A stretch of 63,208 bases of DNA, the filler included, from Actinomycetales bacterium (GTDB lineage Bacteria; Actinomycetota; Actinomycetes; Actinomycetales; CAVURS01): the NCBI GenBank assembly GCA_045807245.1. It is 4 parts of 4 records of this genome, joined end to end, with 100 filler letters (N's around TTAATTAATTAA, not from the genome) between each part and the next. Parts side by side here need not be neighbours in the genome. Positions count along the whole stretch, not along the records: positions 45,962 to 63,208 come from JBJMHS010000085.1; 3 more parts are not named here. One strand, 5' to 3'. The position numbers and the translations under genes are program-made. Below, piece after piece: positions 45,962 through 61,379 of this stretch (positions within the stretch are counted from its first letter, which is position 1; every line of letters starts with the position of its first letter). Under the pieces are notes generated by a model, which had not been told where the DNA came from, ran no database searches, and saw nothing but the letters and a program-made list of their open reading frames with translations.

Positions 45962-46933
45962 GGCCCAACCGAACAGCTCGCGCCGCTCACCGGGCACGTC
46001 GTCCAGAGCCCCCGGCAGGTCGGCGTCGATCCCGGCCGCCGTGAGGGCCGACCTGGCGTTCACCAGCTCGCGGGCCAGGTTCACCTCGCGGTACCCGCTG
46101 ATCGTCGCCCGCACGTCGGCGAGCGCCTCACGCGACAGCCGCTCGACATCGGCGATCTCGTGCCCGGCCCGCTCCGGGTCCGACGCCACCAGCCGCCCGG
46201 CCAGCTCGGCCTTCACCGTGATGACCGTGAGCGAGTGGCCGAGGATGTCGTGCATGTCACGGGCCAACCGCTCGCGCTCGGCGGACACAGCGAGCCGGGC
46301 GACCTCGTCCCGTGCGACGAGGAGCTGCGAGTTGCGATCCGCCGCCAGACGCAGCCCCATGACGGCGAGCGCGGCCAGCATCACTCCGAGCCCGTCCCCA
46401 GAAGCCTCGCTGCGCCAGTTCTCGACGATGAACGCGGACGACTCCACGCCGACGAGCAGCACGGCCACGAACGTCCAGGCCCATCGCAGCGGCAGCAGCA
46501 TCATCGCCGTTGCGGAGACGTAGACCATGGTGGCCAAGCCGTGCGGGCCCGCGGCGGGCACCGTGAGCAGGCCGAGCACCAGGAGCAGGCCGACCGCGCC
46601 CCAGCGCTGGCTGAGCGGCGCCGCCACGCGCCAGGCGTGCCGCATCGTGCGGCCCCAGGCCAGCACCGCGACGTAGGTCGCCGCGAACGTCAACAGCGCG
46701 ACGTAGCCGAGCACCTGCACCGCGCCGCCGGCGTGGTCGTGGATCGCCCCGAGCGGGTTGCCCAGGAAGAACAACCAGATCAGGGCGAACAGCCAGCTCC
46801 AACGTCGACCACGTTGGTTCGGCGCCAGGGTCGAGTCCGACCAGGTGCCGAACGGGAGCTCCTCGTCGGCGTGCCGGCTCACGGCGTCCGGCTCCACGGC
46901 CCGCTCCACGGCCCGCTCCACGGCCCTCTCCAC
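45962..46933 (-). CDS. Membrane sensor histidine kinase, DesK/YvfT-like (3'-truncated by gap)
   Basis: About 5 TM segments, then HisKA_3 H-box ERERLARDMHDILGHSLTVITVKAELA. Confidence 0.93.
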
Positions 46934-46939
46934 GGCCCT
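46892..46939. repeat. 12-bp tandem repeat x4 spanning the kinase start
   Basis: CTCCACGGCCCG x2 + CTCCACGGCCCT x2; encodes (VERA)n, each unit with an in-frame GTG. Confidence 0.92.
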
Positions 46940-46951
46940 ATTGTCCGACGG

Positions 46952-47745
46952 TCAGACCCGAGCTGTGTCCTTGCGGAACCGCCAGGCCGCCCCGACCGCG
47001 AAGATCGCGAGCCAGGCCAGGATGCTCAGGACCCAGCCGATCTGGAACGCCTCGCCCGTCAGGGGCGCGTGGACGACCTGGCTGAGCCCGTACATCGGCG
47101 TCACCTTGGCGAAGTCCTGGAACGTCTGCGACATCTGGTCGACCGGGACGAACACGCCGCCCGCGAAGGCCAGCAGGGCCAGCACCGGGCCGAGGAACTG
47201 CATGACGTTCTCGCTCGGCAGCAGGTAGCCCATGAACAAGCCGAAGGCCGCGAACACGACCGACCCGACCCACGCGATGACGGGTGTGATGACCCACAGC
47301 GCCGTGTGCATGTGCGCACCGCGCGCACTGCCCAGGACGAAGACGAGCACCACCGGCGCCAGGCCGAGGATCATCGCGGTGACGCCCTTGATGGTGATGT
47401 ACGCGCCCGGCCGGAGGGGCGTCAGCCGCAGCTGCCGGCTCCAGCCTGCCGCCCGCTCGATCGCCACCATCGCACCGCCGCTCGTCGTCGCGAGCATCGC
47501 GCCGTAGACGGCGAGGCTGATCATCACGTACGCCGTGACGTTGCCGTTCCCGACGCTCTGGTGCTCGTACGACGAGTCGCTGCCGAAGAGCAGGAAGAAG
47601 ACGGGCGGCATGATGAAGGTGAAGATGACCGTACGGCGGTTGCGCAGCAGGCGGCGCATCTCCAGCTGTACGAAGCGCAGGTTGAACGCACCGAGGGATG
47701 GCACCCGCCGCTCCTCACGGCCGGTTGGCGTGGTGGTCACCGTGC

Positions 47746-47749
<4 letters not shown>
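46952..47749 (-). CDS. ABC-2 type exporter permease (YvfS-like)
   Basis: Six hydrophobic segments; ERAAGWSRQLRLTPL, FAGGVFVP. Confidence 0.9.
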
Positions 47750-48708
<959 letters not shown>

Positions 48709-48768
48709 GCCCCCTACGGTGCCGCCGGGCCGACCACCCGCGCCGCACCCGCCGTCACCGGCCGCCCG

Positions 48769-48780
48769 TGACAGATGTCA
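48769..48780. promoter_or_regulatory. Putative response-regulator (DesR-type) operator
   Basis: Palindrome TGACA-GA-TGTCA 60 nt upstream of the ABC gene; extra GTCA half-site at 48754. Confidence 0.55.
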
Positions 48781-48809
48781 GCCCGTCGCACTTCGCCCCC
48801 CCGCCCGTC

Positions 48810-48891
48810 GTACCCCTGGAAAGCCGCTCCGCGGGGCTCAATCGGCCCGGCGGACCGGCTTTCGGAGGGTAAAGCGGCTTTGGGGGGGCAC

Positions 48892-48892
<1 letters not shown>
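48810..48892. repeat. Palindromic intergenic repeat element, copy 2 (shorter, diverged)
   Basis: GTACCCCTGGAAAGCCGC...CGGCTTTCGGAGGGTAAAGCGGCTTTGGGGGGGCACC; abuts the ppdK stop. Confidence 0.8.
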
Positions 48893-51627
<2,735 letters not shown>

Positions 51628-51677
51628 TCTGCCCGCCGGAGCGCGCCCCGGCTAGGTGACCAAAGCCACCAGAAGCC

Positions 51678-53066
51678 TCAGCAGCCGGGCAGCCGCTGCG
51701 CGAGGTAGGTCCGTACCTGGTCCAGCGCCACGCGGTCCTGGGTCATGGAGTCGCGCTCGCGCACGGTCACCGCGTGGTCCTGGGCCGTCTCGAAGTCGAC
51801 GGTGACGCAGTACGGCGTACCGATCTCGTCCTGCCGGCGGTAACGGCGGCCGATGGCACCCGCGTCGTCGAAGTCGACGTTCCAGTACGCCCGCAGCTCG
51901 TCGGCCAGCGACTTGGCCGCCGGTGAGAGGTCGGCGTGCCGCGACAGCGGCAGCACGGCCACCTTGACCGGTGCCAGCCTCGGGTCGAACCGCAGGACGA
52001 CCCGTTTGTCGACCCCGCCCTTGGTGTTGGGCGCCTCGTCCTCGGCGTACGCGTCGAGCAGGAACGCCAGCGTCGCCCGGGTCAGGCCGGCCGCAGGCTC
52101 GATGACGTACGGCACCCAGCGCTCTCCGGTGGCCTGGTCCTGGTAGCTCAGGTCGGTGCCCGAGTGCTCCGAGTGCGTCGTCAGGTCGAAGTTGGTGCGG
52201 TTCGCGATGCCCTCGAGCTCGTCGAACTCCTTGCCGCCGAAGCCGAACCGGTACTCGATGTCGACGGTGCGGGTCGAGTAGTGAGAGAGCTTCTCCTTGG
52301 GGTGCTCGTAGTAGCGCAGGTTGTCGGCGGTCAGGCCGAGGCCGACGTACCAGTCCCAGCGCTGCGTGAGCCAGTACTCGTGCCAGGTCTCGTCCGTGCC
52401 CGGCTCGACGAAGAACTCCATCTCCATCTGCTCGAACTCGCGCGTGCGGAAGATGAAGTTGCCCGGCGTGATCTCGTTGCGGAACGACTTGCCGGTCTGG
52501 GCGATGCCGAACGGAGGCTTCTTGCGCGCGGCCGTCATGACGTTCTTGACGTTGACGAAGATGCCCTGCGCGGTCTCCGGGCGCAGGTACGCGAGGCCCT
52601 CCTCGGACTCCACCGGGCCGAGGTAGGTCTTGAGCAGGCCGCTGAACTGCCGTGGCTCGGTGAACGCGCCCTTGGTGCCGCAGTGCGGACAGCTGATCTC
52701 GGACAGGTCGGCCGGCGGGCGGCCCTTGCGCGCCGCGAACGCCTCCTCGAGATGGTCCGCGCGGAACCGGTGGTGACAGCTCTGGCACTCGGTGAGCGGG
52801 TCGGTGAACGTCTCCACGTGGCCGGACGCGACCCACACCTCACGCGGCAGGATGACCGAGGAGTCCAGGCCGACGATGTCGTCCCGGGTCTGCACCATCG
52901 CGCGCCACCACTGGCGGCGGATGTTCTCCTTGAGTTCGACGCCGAGGGGGCCGTAGTCCCACGCGGAGCGCGTCCCGCCGTAGATCTCGCCGCTCGCGAA
53001 GACGAACCCACGACGCTTGGCCAGGCTGACCACGGCGTCGTTGCGGGTCTCCAGAGGGCTGGGCAC
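51678..53066 (-). CDS. glyQS: Glycine--tRNA ligase (alpha2 type)
   Basis: [83 protein letters not shown] before GTG 53066. Confidence 0.97.
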   Translation of the reverse strand: MPSPLETRNDAVVSLAKRRGFVFASGEIYGGTRSAWDYGPLGVELKENIRRQWWRAMVQTRDDIVGLDSSVILPREVWVASGHVETFTDPLTECQSCHHRFRADHLEEAFAARKGRPPADLSEISCPHCGTKGAFTEPRQFSGLLKTYLGPVESEEGLAYLRPETAQGIFVNVKNVMTAARKKPPFGIAQTGKSFRNEITPGNFIFRTREFEQMEMEFFVEPGTDETWHEYWLTQRWDWYVGLGLTADNLRYYEHPKEKLSHYSTRTVDIEYRFGFGGKEFDELEGIANRTNFDLTTHSEHSGTDLSYQDQATGERWVPYVIEPAAGLTRATLAFLLDAYAEDEAPNTKGGVDKRVVLRFDPRLAPVKVAVLPLSRHADLSPAAKSLADELRAYWNVDFDDAGAIGRRYRRQDEIGTPYCVTVDFETAQDHAVTVRERDSMTQDRVALDQVRTYLAQRLPGC

Positions 53067-53160
53067 GGCGATCTCTCCTCGACGGTCTTCCGGCTTGTCC
53101 CGTGCTCGGTCACGTGCTCGGGATGAAAGGTCAAGGCTACCGGGCTGGCATGATGCGCCG

Positions 53161-53487
53161 ATGACCGCAGCCGGGCGCCCCCGCGGCGACGACCAGGCCC
53201 CGTCCTCCGGGCTGCGCCGATCGGTCGAGCGCGCGAGCCGCCCGGCCCTGATCCGGCTGAGCCGGCTGTCCCCCCTCGTGCCGTTCGCCTTGATGCTGGT
53301 CCTGATCGTGGCCGGCCTGTTCGTCCCAGGCGTCGCCGGCTTCGTCCTGCTCATGCTGGCGCTGCTGTTCGTGGGTTGGCTGCTCTATCTGGGCTGGCCG
53401 GCGTTCTCGGCCAGCGAGCGGCTTATGCGTTTCGCCGTCATCGTGCTCGTGGCCGCCGTGGCCGTGACCAAGGTCGTTCCGCACTGA
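53161..53487 (+). CDS. Small multi-pass membrane protein (DUF6703-like)
   Basis: [13 protein letters not shown] followed by 3-4 hydrophobic segments; CATGAT-N6-ATG leaderless start; divergent from glyQS. Confidence 0.75.
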   Translation: MTAAGRPRGDDQAPSSGLRRSVERASRPALIRLSRLSPLVPFALMLVLIVAGLFVPGVAGFVLLMLALLFVGWLLYLGWPAFSASERLMRFAVIVLVAAVAVTKVVPH

Positions 53488-53513
53488 GCTCGACCCTTCG
53501 GCACCGCGCTACT

Positions 53514-53528
53514 TGAGAATGATTCTCA
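53514..53528 (+). promoter_or_regulatory. Zur box overlapping the -35 of the ZIP-zur promoter
   Basis: Perfect 7-1-7 palindrome TGAGAAT-G-ATTCTCA; TTGAGA (53513)-N18-TAGCGT (53537) promoter. Confidence 0.85.
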
Positions 53529-53550
53529 TTTCCGTGTAGCGTCAGCGTCT

Positions 53551-54276
53551 GTGGCCGTGCTCCTGTCTCTGTGCACCGTTCTGTCCACGACGCTGGGTGG
53601 TCTGTTCGCCCTGCGGAACCGGGACCGCCTGCACCTGGTCCTCGGGTTCACCGCCGGCGTACTGCTCGGCCTGGTCGCGTTCGACCTGCTGCCCGAGGTG
53701 TTCGAGATCGGCGGGGACCTGCGGATGCTCGGCCTGCCGGCGGTGTCGTTCGGTCTGGCGTTCGGCTTCCTGCTGCTGCACGTGGTCGAGCGCACCCTGG
53801 CCCTGCACCACGCGCACGAGGGCGAGTTCTCCGCCCACGAACACCCCGAGGTCGGGCTGGCATCGACCGTGGCCCTGGTCGTGCACTCCTTCCTCGACGG
53901 CGTGGGCATCGGTTTGGCCTTCCAGGTCAACAGCACCGTCGGGCTGGCCGTCGCGTTCGCCGTCATCGCGCACGACTTCGCGGACGGCCTGAACACCGTC
54001 AGCATCATGGTCAGCCACGGCAACAGTGACCGGCGGGCCAAGGTCATGCTCGCGCTGGACGCGCTGGCCCCCGCGTTCGGCGCTGTCAGCACGCTGTTCT
54101 TCCAGTTCCCGGACCGGGTCCTCGCGGTGTACCTGGCCTTCTTCTGCGGCTTCCTGCTGTACCTCGCGACCGCCGACATCCTGCCGGAGGCGCACTCGCG
54201 TCACCCCTCCCGGCTCACCCTGCTCTGCACCGTGGCGGGGGTCGCCTTCATCGCCACGGTGGTGAGGTTCGCATGA
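53551..54276 (+). CDS. ZIP family zinc/divalent metal transporter
   Basis: About 8 TM segments; GFTAGVLLG..FDLLPE, His loop HHAHEGEFSAHEH, HSFLDG and AHDFADG metal sites, LYLATADILPEAH. Confidence 0.92.
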   Translation: MAVLLSLCTVLSTTLGGLFALRNRDRLHLVLGFTAGVLLGLVAFDLLPEVFEIGGDLRMLGLPAVSFGLAFGFLLLHVVERTLALHHAHEGEFSAHEHPEVGLASTVALVVHSFLDGVGIGLAFQVNSTVGLAVAFAVIAHDFADGLNTVSIMVSHGNSDRRAKVMLALDALAPAFGAVSTLFFQFPDRVLAVYLAFFCGFLLYLATADILPEAHSRHPSRLTLLCTVAGVAFIATVVRFA

Positions 54277-54665
54277 CCCGTCGCGACGACGTGCTGCGCA
54301 GCCTCGGCCGGGGCCAGGCGTTCCGGACCGCCCAGCAGCTGTTCGCCCAGATGCGCGGCAGCGGCAGCCCGATCGGGCTGGCCACGATCTACCGCACCAT
54401 GCAGTCGATGGCCGACGAAGGCCAGGTCGACGTCCTGCGCACCGACGCGGGCGAGGTGGCCTACCGCCGCTGCCAGACCGAGGCGCACCACCACCATCTG
54501 GTCTGCCGCGAGTGCGGTACGACGGTGGAGGTCGCCGCCCGCTCCGTCGAGCAGTGGGCCGGCCGGGTCGCGGACGAGCACGGGTACGACGAGGTGCAGC
54601 ACGTTCTCGAGATCTTCGGCCGTTGTCCCGCCTGCCGGGCCAAGGCCCGAAGCGCGAAGGCTTAG
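54273..54665 (+). CDS. zur: Fur family regulator, zinc uptake regulator
   Basis: [40 protein letters not shown]-coupled to ZIP; usual actinobacterial position next to uppS. Confidence 0.9.
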   Translation: MTRRDDVLRSLGRGQAFRTAQQLFAQMRGSGSPIGLATIYRTMQSMADEGQVDVLRTDAGEVAYRRCQTEAHHHHLVCRECGTTVEVAARSVEQWAGRVADEHGYDEVQHVLEIFGRCPACRAKARSAKA

Positions 54666-55480
54666 TCCCCCGCGATGTCCAGCGCGCCGCCGTACCGCCG
54701 GTCGCGCTTGGCGTACACCTCGCACGCCCGCCACAGGTCGCGCCGGTCGACGTCGGGCCAGAGGACGTTGTCGAAGACGAGCTCGGCGTAGGCCGACTGC
54801 CAGAGCTGGAAGTTGGACAGCCGCTGCTCCCCCGACGACCGCCAGAACATGTCGACGTCGGGCAGGTCCGGCTCGTCCAGGAAGCGTTGGATGGTGCGCT
54901 CGTCGATGCGGCTCGGGTCGATCCGGCCGGCCGCGACCTGAGCCCCGATCGCCCGGACCGCGTCCGCGATCTCGGCCCGCCCCCCGTAGTTGACACACAT
55001 GGTGAGGGTGAGCACGTCGTTGTCGCGGGTCATCTCCTCCGCGACCTCGAGCTCATGAATCACGCTGCGCCACAAGCGAGGTCGCCGCCCCGCCCAGCGG
55101 ACGCGGACGCCCCACTCGTGCATCTGGTCGCGCCGTCGGCGGATCACGTCGCGGTTGAAGCCCATCAGGAACCGGACCTCGTCCGGCGAGCGCCGCCAGT
55201 TCTCGGTCGAGAACGCGTACGCCGAGATGTGCTTCACCCCGACCTCGATGCCGCCCGCGACGACGTCGAGCAGCGCGGCCTCGCCGCGTTCGTGGCCCGC
55301 CGTGCGCGGCAGCCCGCGTGCGTTCGCCCAGCGGCCGTTGCCGTCCATGACGACGGCGACGTGGACGGGCACGAGCTCGGCCGGGATGCTCGGCGGCCGG
55401 GCGCCCGACGGGTGCGGTGGCGGGGGGCTCGGCGGCGTCGTACGACGGGTCGTCGCACTCGTGCGCCGGCTACGCCTCAC
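54662..55480 (-). CDS. uppS: Isoprenyl transferase (undecaprenyl/decaprenyl diphosphate synthase)
   Basis: [52 protein letters not shown] overlap with the recO stop. Confidence 0.95.
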   Translation of the reverse strand: MRRSRRTSATTRRTTPPSPPPPHPSGARPPSIPAELVPVHVAVVMDGNGRWANARGLPRTAGHERGEAALLDVVAGGIEVGVKHISAYAFSTENWRRSPDEVRFLMGFNRDVIRRRRDQMHEWGVRVRWAGRRPRLWRSVIHELEVAEEMTRDNDVLTLTMCVNYGGRAEIADAVRAIGAQVAAGRIDPSRIDERTIQRFLDEPDLPDVDMFWRSSGEQRLSNFQLWQSAYAELVFDNVLWPDVDRRDLWRACEVYAKRDRRYGGALDIAGD

Positions 55481-56208
55481 GCGCGCTCGACCAGCCGCAG
55501 CGACCGCAGCTGGCGCTCGAGGTGCCACTGCAGGAACGCCGCGACCAGCCCACTGCCCTCGCGGCGGTGCCGCAGCTCGCTCGCGTCCGCGAGGTCCCAG
55601 TCGCCACTGAGCAGGGCCGCCAGCAGCTCGCTGGTCTCGACCGCCGGCGACGCCGCGCCCGGTTGCCGGCAGTCCGGGCAGAGCGACCCGCCGGCCTGGA
55701 CGGAGAAGAACCGATGCGGACCGACCGCGCCGCAGCGCGCGCAGTCCTGGAAGCTGGGCGCCCAGCCCGCGACCGCCAGCGACCGCAGCAGGAAGGCGTC
55801 CAGCACCAGGGACGGGTCGTGCGAGCCCTCCGCCAGCGTCCGCAGAGCGCCGACCAGGAGCAGGTACTGCTGGGTCGCTGGCTCCTTCTCGACGTCGGTG
55901 AGGCGCTCCGCGGTCTCGAGCATCGCCGTACCGGCCGTGTAGCGGCGGTAGTCACCAGCGATGTCGGCGGCGTACGGCGCGAGGGTCTCGACCTGCGTGA
56001 CGATGTCGAGCGACCGGCCCTCGTGCAGCTGGACGTCCGCGACCATGAACGGTTCGAGCCGCGAGCCGATGCGGGACGACGTACGACGGACACCCTTGGC
56101 CACGGCACGGACCCGGCCGTGGTGGCGGGTCAGCAGCGTGATGATCCGGTCCGCCTCACCGAGCTTGTGCGTGCGCAGCACGACACCCTCGTCTCGGTAC
56201 ACCGGCAT
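55477..56208 (-). CDS. recO: DNA repair protein RecO
   Basis: [43 protein letters not shown] zinc site. Confidence 0.97.
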   Translation of the reverse strand: MPVYRDEGVVLRTHKLGEADRIITLLTRHHGRVRAVAKGVRRTSSRIGSRLEPFMVADVQLHEGRSLDIVTQVETLAPYAADIAGDYRRYTAGTAMLETAERLTDVEKEPATQQYLLLVGALRTLAEGSHDPSLVLDAFLLRSLAVAGWAPSFQDCARCGAVGPHRFFSVQAGGSLCPDCRQPGAASPAVETSELLAALLSGDWDLADASELRHRREGSGLVAAFLQWHLERQLRSLRLVERA

Positions 56209-56275
56209 GGGGCCAGTGTCCTACCTGGACGCGGTCCGGTCTCCCGCGCCTCGCCGGGACGAACGCGCCGATGGG

Positions 56276-57874
56276 TCAGACCGCGGCGGCCGTCTCGCCG
56301 AACCAGACCCGGTCGCGCCCGGCGCGCTTGGCCTCGAGCAGCGCCTCGTCGGCCGCGGCCATCGCCAGATGGGCCTCCTCGGCGGCGAGCCCGACCGACA
56401 CGGACACCCGCAGCCCCGGCGCCAGGCTGTCCCAGTCCTCGATGGCCACCGAGTCGTGCACCCGGGTCGCGATGAGCGAGGCCTCCTCGCTGCTGACGCC
56501 GGGCACGAGCAGGACGAACTCGTCGCCGCCGTACCGGACGACGGTGTCGTCGGCCCGGGTGAGGTCCTGCAGGACCGCGGCCACCCGGGTGAGCACGCCG
56601 TCGCCGATGTCGTGGCCGAAGGTGTCGTTGACCGCCTTGAAGTGGTCGATGTCCACGAACACGACGCACAGCTCGCCGTCGGCGACCCGCAGGCGCCGGT
56701 CGAGCAGCCGGCGGTTGCCGAGGCCCGTGAGCGGGTCCATGAGCGCGACCTGGCCGAGGCGGTTGGCCTCCTCGGTCAGCGCTCGCAGGCTCATCCGGTC
56801 GCGTAGCGCGACGAACCGGCTCTCCCGCTCACCCCACAGCCGCTGCGTGGTCTCCCGGGCCAGGGCCTGCCAGCGCCCGACGGCCGGATGCGGTCCGTAC
56901 TCGAGCACGTCGACCGTGGCCAGCTGGGCCAGCGCGGTCAGGGACCAGACCCAGCGGTCCTTGCGGATCGCCTCGTCGGCCGCCTCCTGCAGGTTCTGCC
57001 GCGCCTTGGCGAACTGCTCGTCCCGCGCGTACGCCGCGCCGAGACCGAGCTTGGCGAGCAGCACCTCGGGCAGCTCGGGACGCAGGGGGAACCGAGACGT
57101 CGCCGCCCAGATCCGCGCCTCGGCCAGGCGGTACTCGCCGAGCCGGCCCAGGACGTAGGCCTCCATGACCTCGGCCCGGGCCAACATCTCGTCGTCCTGG
57201 TCGTCGATCGCGTTCATCATGGCCAGCGCCCGCGTGTGGCAGACGCGGTAGCAGGTGACCGCCTCGCGGTCGCGGCCGTCGATCTCCAGTGCGGCACCCC
57301 AGGTCGCCTGGAGCAGCGCCGCCTCCTGGAGCACCAGCACGCGGGCCTCGTCGGCCTGCGACCCGGTCGTGGTGATGTGTGAGGCCAGGCACAGCCGGAA
57401 GATGTCGTCGGCCGCCTCGAACAGCTGCGCGTGCCCCAGCACGATGGCGATGCTCTGCGCGGCGCTCAGCTCGTCGTACGTCTGCGGCACGAAGCCCTCG
57501 ACAAGCGCGTAGGCCTCGGCGAGCGCGTCGATCGCCGCGGGGGTGTCACCCTTGCGGACCCACGCATCACCGAGGATGGACAAGGCCTTGGCCCGCCAGG
57601 CGTGGTTGTGGTCCTCGACGTGCGAGAGCAGGGCGTTGGACTCGCTGGCGGCCTCGTCGTACAGGCCGAGCTCGAGCATGGCGCAGGCGACGGTGTAGTG
57701 GAGGTACCGCACGGTGGCGATGTCGCCGACCTCGAGGGCGAACGGCAGCGCGGAGCGGGCCACCCGGACCGCGACGTCCGCGAACCCGTCGATGTAGTGC
57801 TCGTGGACCTGGGCTGCGACGTGGTCGTACGGTCCGAAGGGCTCCCGTCGCACGAGCGCGCGAGATGGCCCCAT
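56276..57874 (-). CDS. Diguanylate cyclase with TPR-like helical N-terminus
   Basis: DPLTGLGNRR, DIDHFKAVNDTFGHDIGD, RADD I-site, RYGGDEF, SVG, AKRAGRD; ATG 57874 fits the GAGGAGG SD better than GTG 57886. Confidence 0.93.
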   Translation of the reverse strand: MGPSRALVRREPFGPYDHVAAQVHEHYIDGFADVAVRVARSALPFALEVGDIATVRYLHYTVACAMLELGLYDEAASESNALLSHVEDHNHAWRAKALSILGDAWVRKGDTPAAIDALAEAYALVEGFVPQTYDELSAAQSIAIVLGHAQLFEAADDIFRLCLASHITTTGSQADEARVLVLQEAALLQATWGAALEIDGRDREAVTCYRVCHTRALAMMNAIDDQDDEMLARAEVMEAYVLGRLGEYRLAEARIWAATSRFPLRPELPEVLLAKLGLGAAYARDEQFAKARQNLQEAADEAIRKDRWVWSLTALAQLATVDVLEYGPHPAVGRWQALARETTQRLWGERESRFVALRDRMSLRALTEEANRLGQVALMDPLTGLGNRRLLDRRLRVADGELCVVFVDIDHFKAVNDTFGHDIGDGVLTRVAAVLQDLTRADDTVVRYGGDEFVLLVPGVSSEEASLIATRVHDSVAIEDWDSLAPGLRVSVSVGLAAEEAHLAMAAADEALLEAKRAGRDRVWFGETAAAV

Positions 57875-57986
57875 CGAGATCGACACCTCCTCATCGCCCT
57901 GTTCGGCACCGTCATTGTGTACCGGGTCCCGCGACCCGGAGGGCCGATCCGGCTAAACCCCACCCACCGGAGCAAGGGTCACGGTA

Positions 57987-59838
<1,852 letters not shown>

Positions 59839-59905
59839 GGGCACACGGTAGCGCACCGGTGGGCCGGGGTTGCGATGTCTGCGCCCGATCGGTGACGGTG
59901 GGCGG

Positions 59906-60973
59906 ATGACCAGATGCAGGGGAATCGTGCCGCCGTACCTCCTCGAGCGACTGCAGGCCGTCGCTGACGAGGACATCGCGCGGATCGCTCGAGAGACGTT
60001 GGCCCAGGACGAGCTGCACCGGTCGCTGCGACGCGCCGGCGCCGGTGGTACGCCGGGTGGCTCGCCGGGTGGTGGGACGCCGGGGGGCTCGCCGCCGGCC
60101 GCCGCGGGTCCGAGGCGCACGATCGACGACGCGGGCGGTACGACGACCCTGCCGGGGCGCACGGTCCGGGCCGAGGGCGCAGTTGCGACGGGCGACCCCG
60201 CTGCGGACGAGGCGTACGACGGGCTCGGCGCGACGTGGGACCTGTACGACTCGGCGTACGGGCGGGACAGCCTGGACGGGCACGGTCTGCCGCTGCTCGC
60301 GTCGGTGCACTACGGCAGCGGGTACGACAACGCGTTCTGGAACGGCGAGCAGATGGTGTTCGGCGACGGCGACGGCACGTACTTCAACCGGTTCACCATC
60401 GCGGTCGACGTGATCGGGCACGAGCTGACGCACGGCGTCACGGAGCAGACTGCGGGACTGACGTACTCGAACCAGCCGGGCGCCTTGAACGAGAGCGTGT
60501 CCGACTGTTTCGGCTCGATGGTCAAGCAGATGCTGCTCGGCCAGGATGCCCAGAGCGCCGACTGGCTCATCGGCGCCGGGCTGTTCACGGCCGCGGTCCA
60601 AGGTGTCGCGCTGCGGTCCATGAAGGCGCCCGGCACGGCGTACGACGACCCGAACCTCGGCCACGACCCGCAGCCGGCGACGATGGACGGGTACGTGCAG
60701 ACCACCGACGACGAGGGCGGGGTGCACATCAACTCAGGCATCCCGAACCACGCGTTCTACCTGGCCGCCGTCGGCATCGGCGGCACGTCCTGGGAGGGCG
60801 CGGGCCTGGTCTGGTACGACGTGCTGACCGGTGGCTCGCTGAGCGCGCACGCCGACTTCTCGACGTTCGCCGGGCTGACGGTGACGGCGGCCCGGGCGCG
60901 CTTCGGCGACGGCTCGGACCAGGCCGCGGCGGTGCTCCGGGCCTGGGACCAGGTCAAGGTGCCGTTGCCGTGA
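59906..60973 (+). CDS. M4 metallopeptidase, protealysin-like
   Basis: Short propeptide GIVPPYLL, no signal peptide, NAFWNG, HELTH, GALNESVSD, GGVHINSGIPN. Confidence 0.95.
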   Translation: MTRCRGIVPPYLLERLQAVADEDIARIARETLAQDELHRSLRRAGAGGTPGGSPGGGTPGGSPPAAAGPRRTIDDAGGTTTLPGRTVRAEGAVATGDPAADEAYDGLGATWDLYDSAYGRDSLDGHGLPLLASVHYGSGYDNAFWNGEQMVFGDGDGTYFNRFTIAVDVIGHELTHGVTEQTAGLTYSNQPGALNESVSDCFGSMVKQMLLGQDAQSADWLIGAGLFTAAVQGVALRSMKAPGTAYDDPNLGHDPQPATMDGYVQTTDDEGGVHINSGIPNHAFYLAAVGIGGTSWEGAGLVWYDVLTGGSLSAHADFSTFAGLTVTAARARFGDGSDQAAAVLRAWDQVKVPLP

Positions 60974-61272
60974 CCGACGTTCCGGATGCCGGGTCTGCGG
61001 GGCTGGTCGAGGTGACCCGCAGCGGCGGGTTCGCCGGGCTCACGCTGCGCGGCCGGGTCGACCTGGACCAGCTGACCGGTGCGGACCGCGCGGCCTGGGA
61101 CGTGGCCCTCCAGGAGCGGCTGTCCGGGCTCGCCCCGCACGAGCCCGCTCCCGACCGCTTCGTGTACCGGGTGTCCCGGCCGGCGGTCGGCTTCGAGGTG
61201 ACCGTCGGCGAGCACGAGCTCCCGGACGACGTACGCGCCCTCCTCGACCGCGCCGTACTCCCCCCCGACTGA
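60970..61272 (+). CDS. Protealysin inhibitor, emfourin family
   Basis: VTRSGGFAGL and PDRFVY motifs; GTGA-coupled to the M4 protease. Confidence 0.88.
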   Translation: MTDVPDAGSAGLVEVTRSGGFAGLTLRGRVDLDQLTGADRAAWDVALQERLSGLAPHEPAPDRFVYRVSRPAVGFEVTVGEHELPDDVRALLDRAVLPPD

Positions 61273-61374
61273 GGTACCCCCCGAAAGCCGCTTTGCCCCC
61301 CGAAAGTCGTCGGCGGGCCTGGTTTCGCCAGGCCGCGGCGGCTTTCGGGGGGCAAAGCGGCAGTGGAGGGGTAC
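61273..61374. repeat. Palindromic intergenic repeat element, copy 3
   Basis: GGTACCCCCCGAAAGCCGCTTTGCCCCCCGAAAG...CTTTCGGGGGGCAAAGCGGCAGTGGAGGGGTAC; reverse complement matches copy 1 at both arms and ends. Confidence 0.9.
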
Positions 61375-61379
61375 GGCGG

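Noticed and set aside
53067..53160. T-box riboswitch upstream of glyQS
   Set aside because: Gap is only ~95 nt, shared with a divergent gene, and has no T-box consensus or terminator
57901..57927. Sigma28 promoter for the diguanylate cyclase
   Set aside because: A GCCGAAC -10-like box is present, but no matching -35 at the right distance
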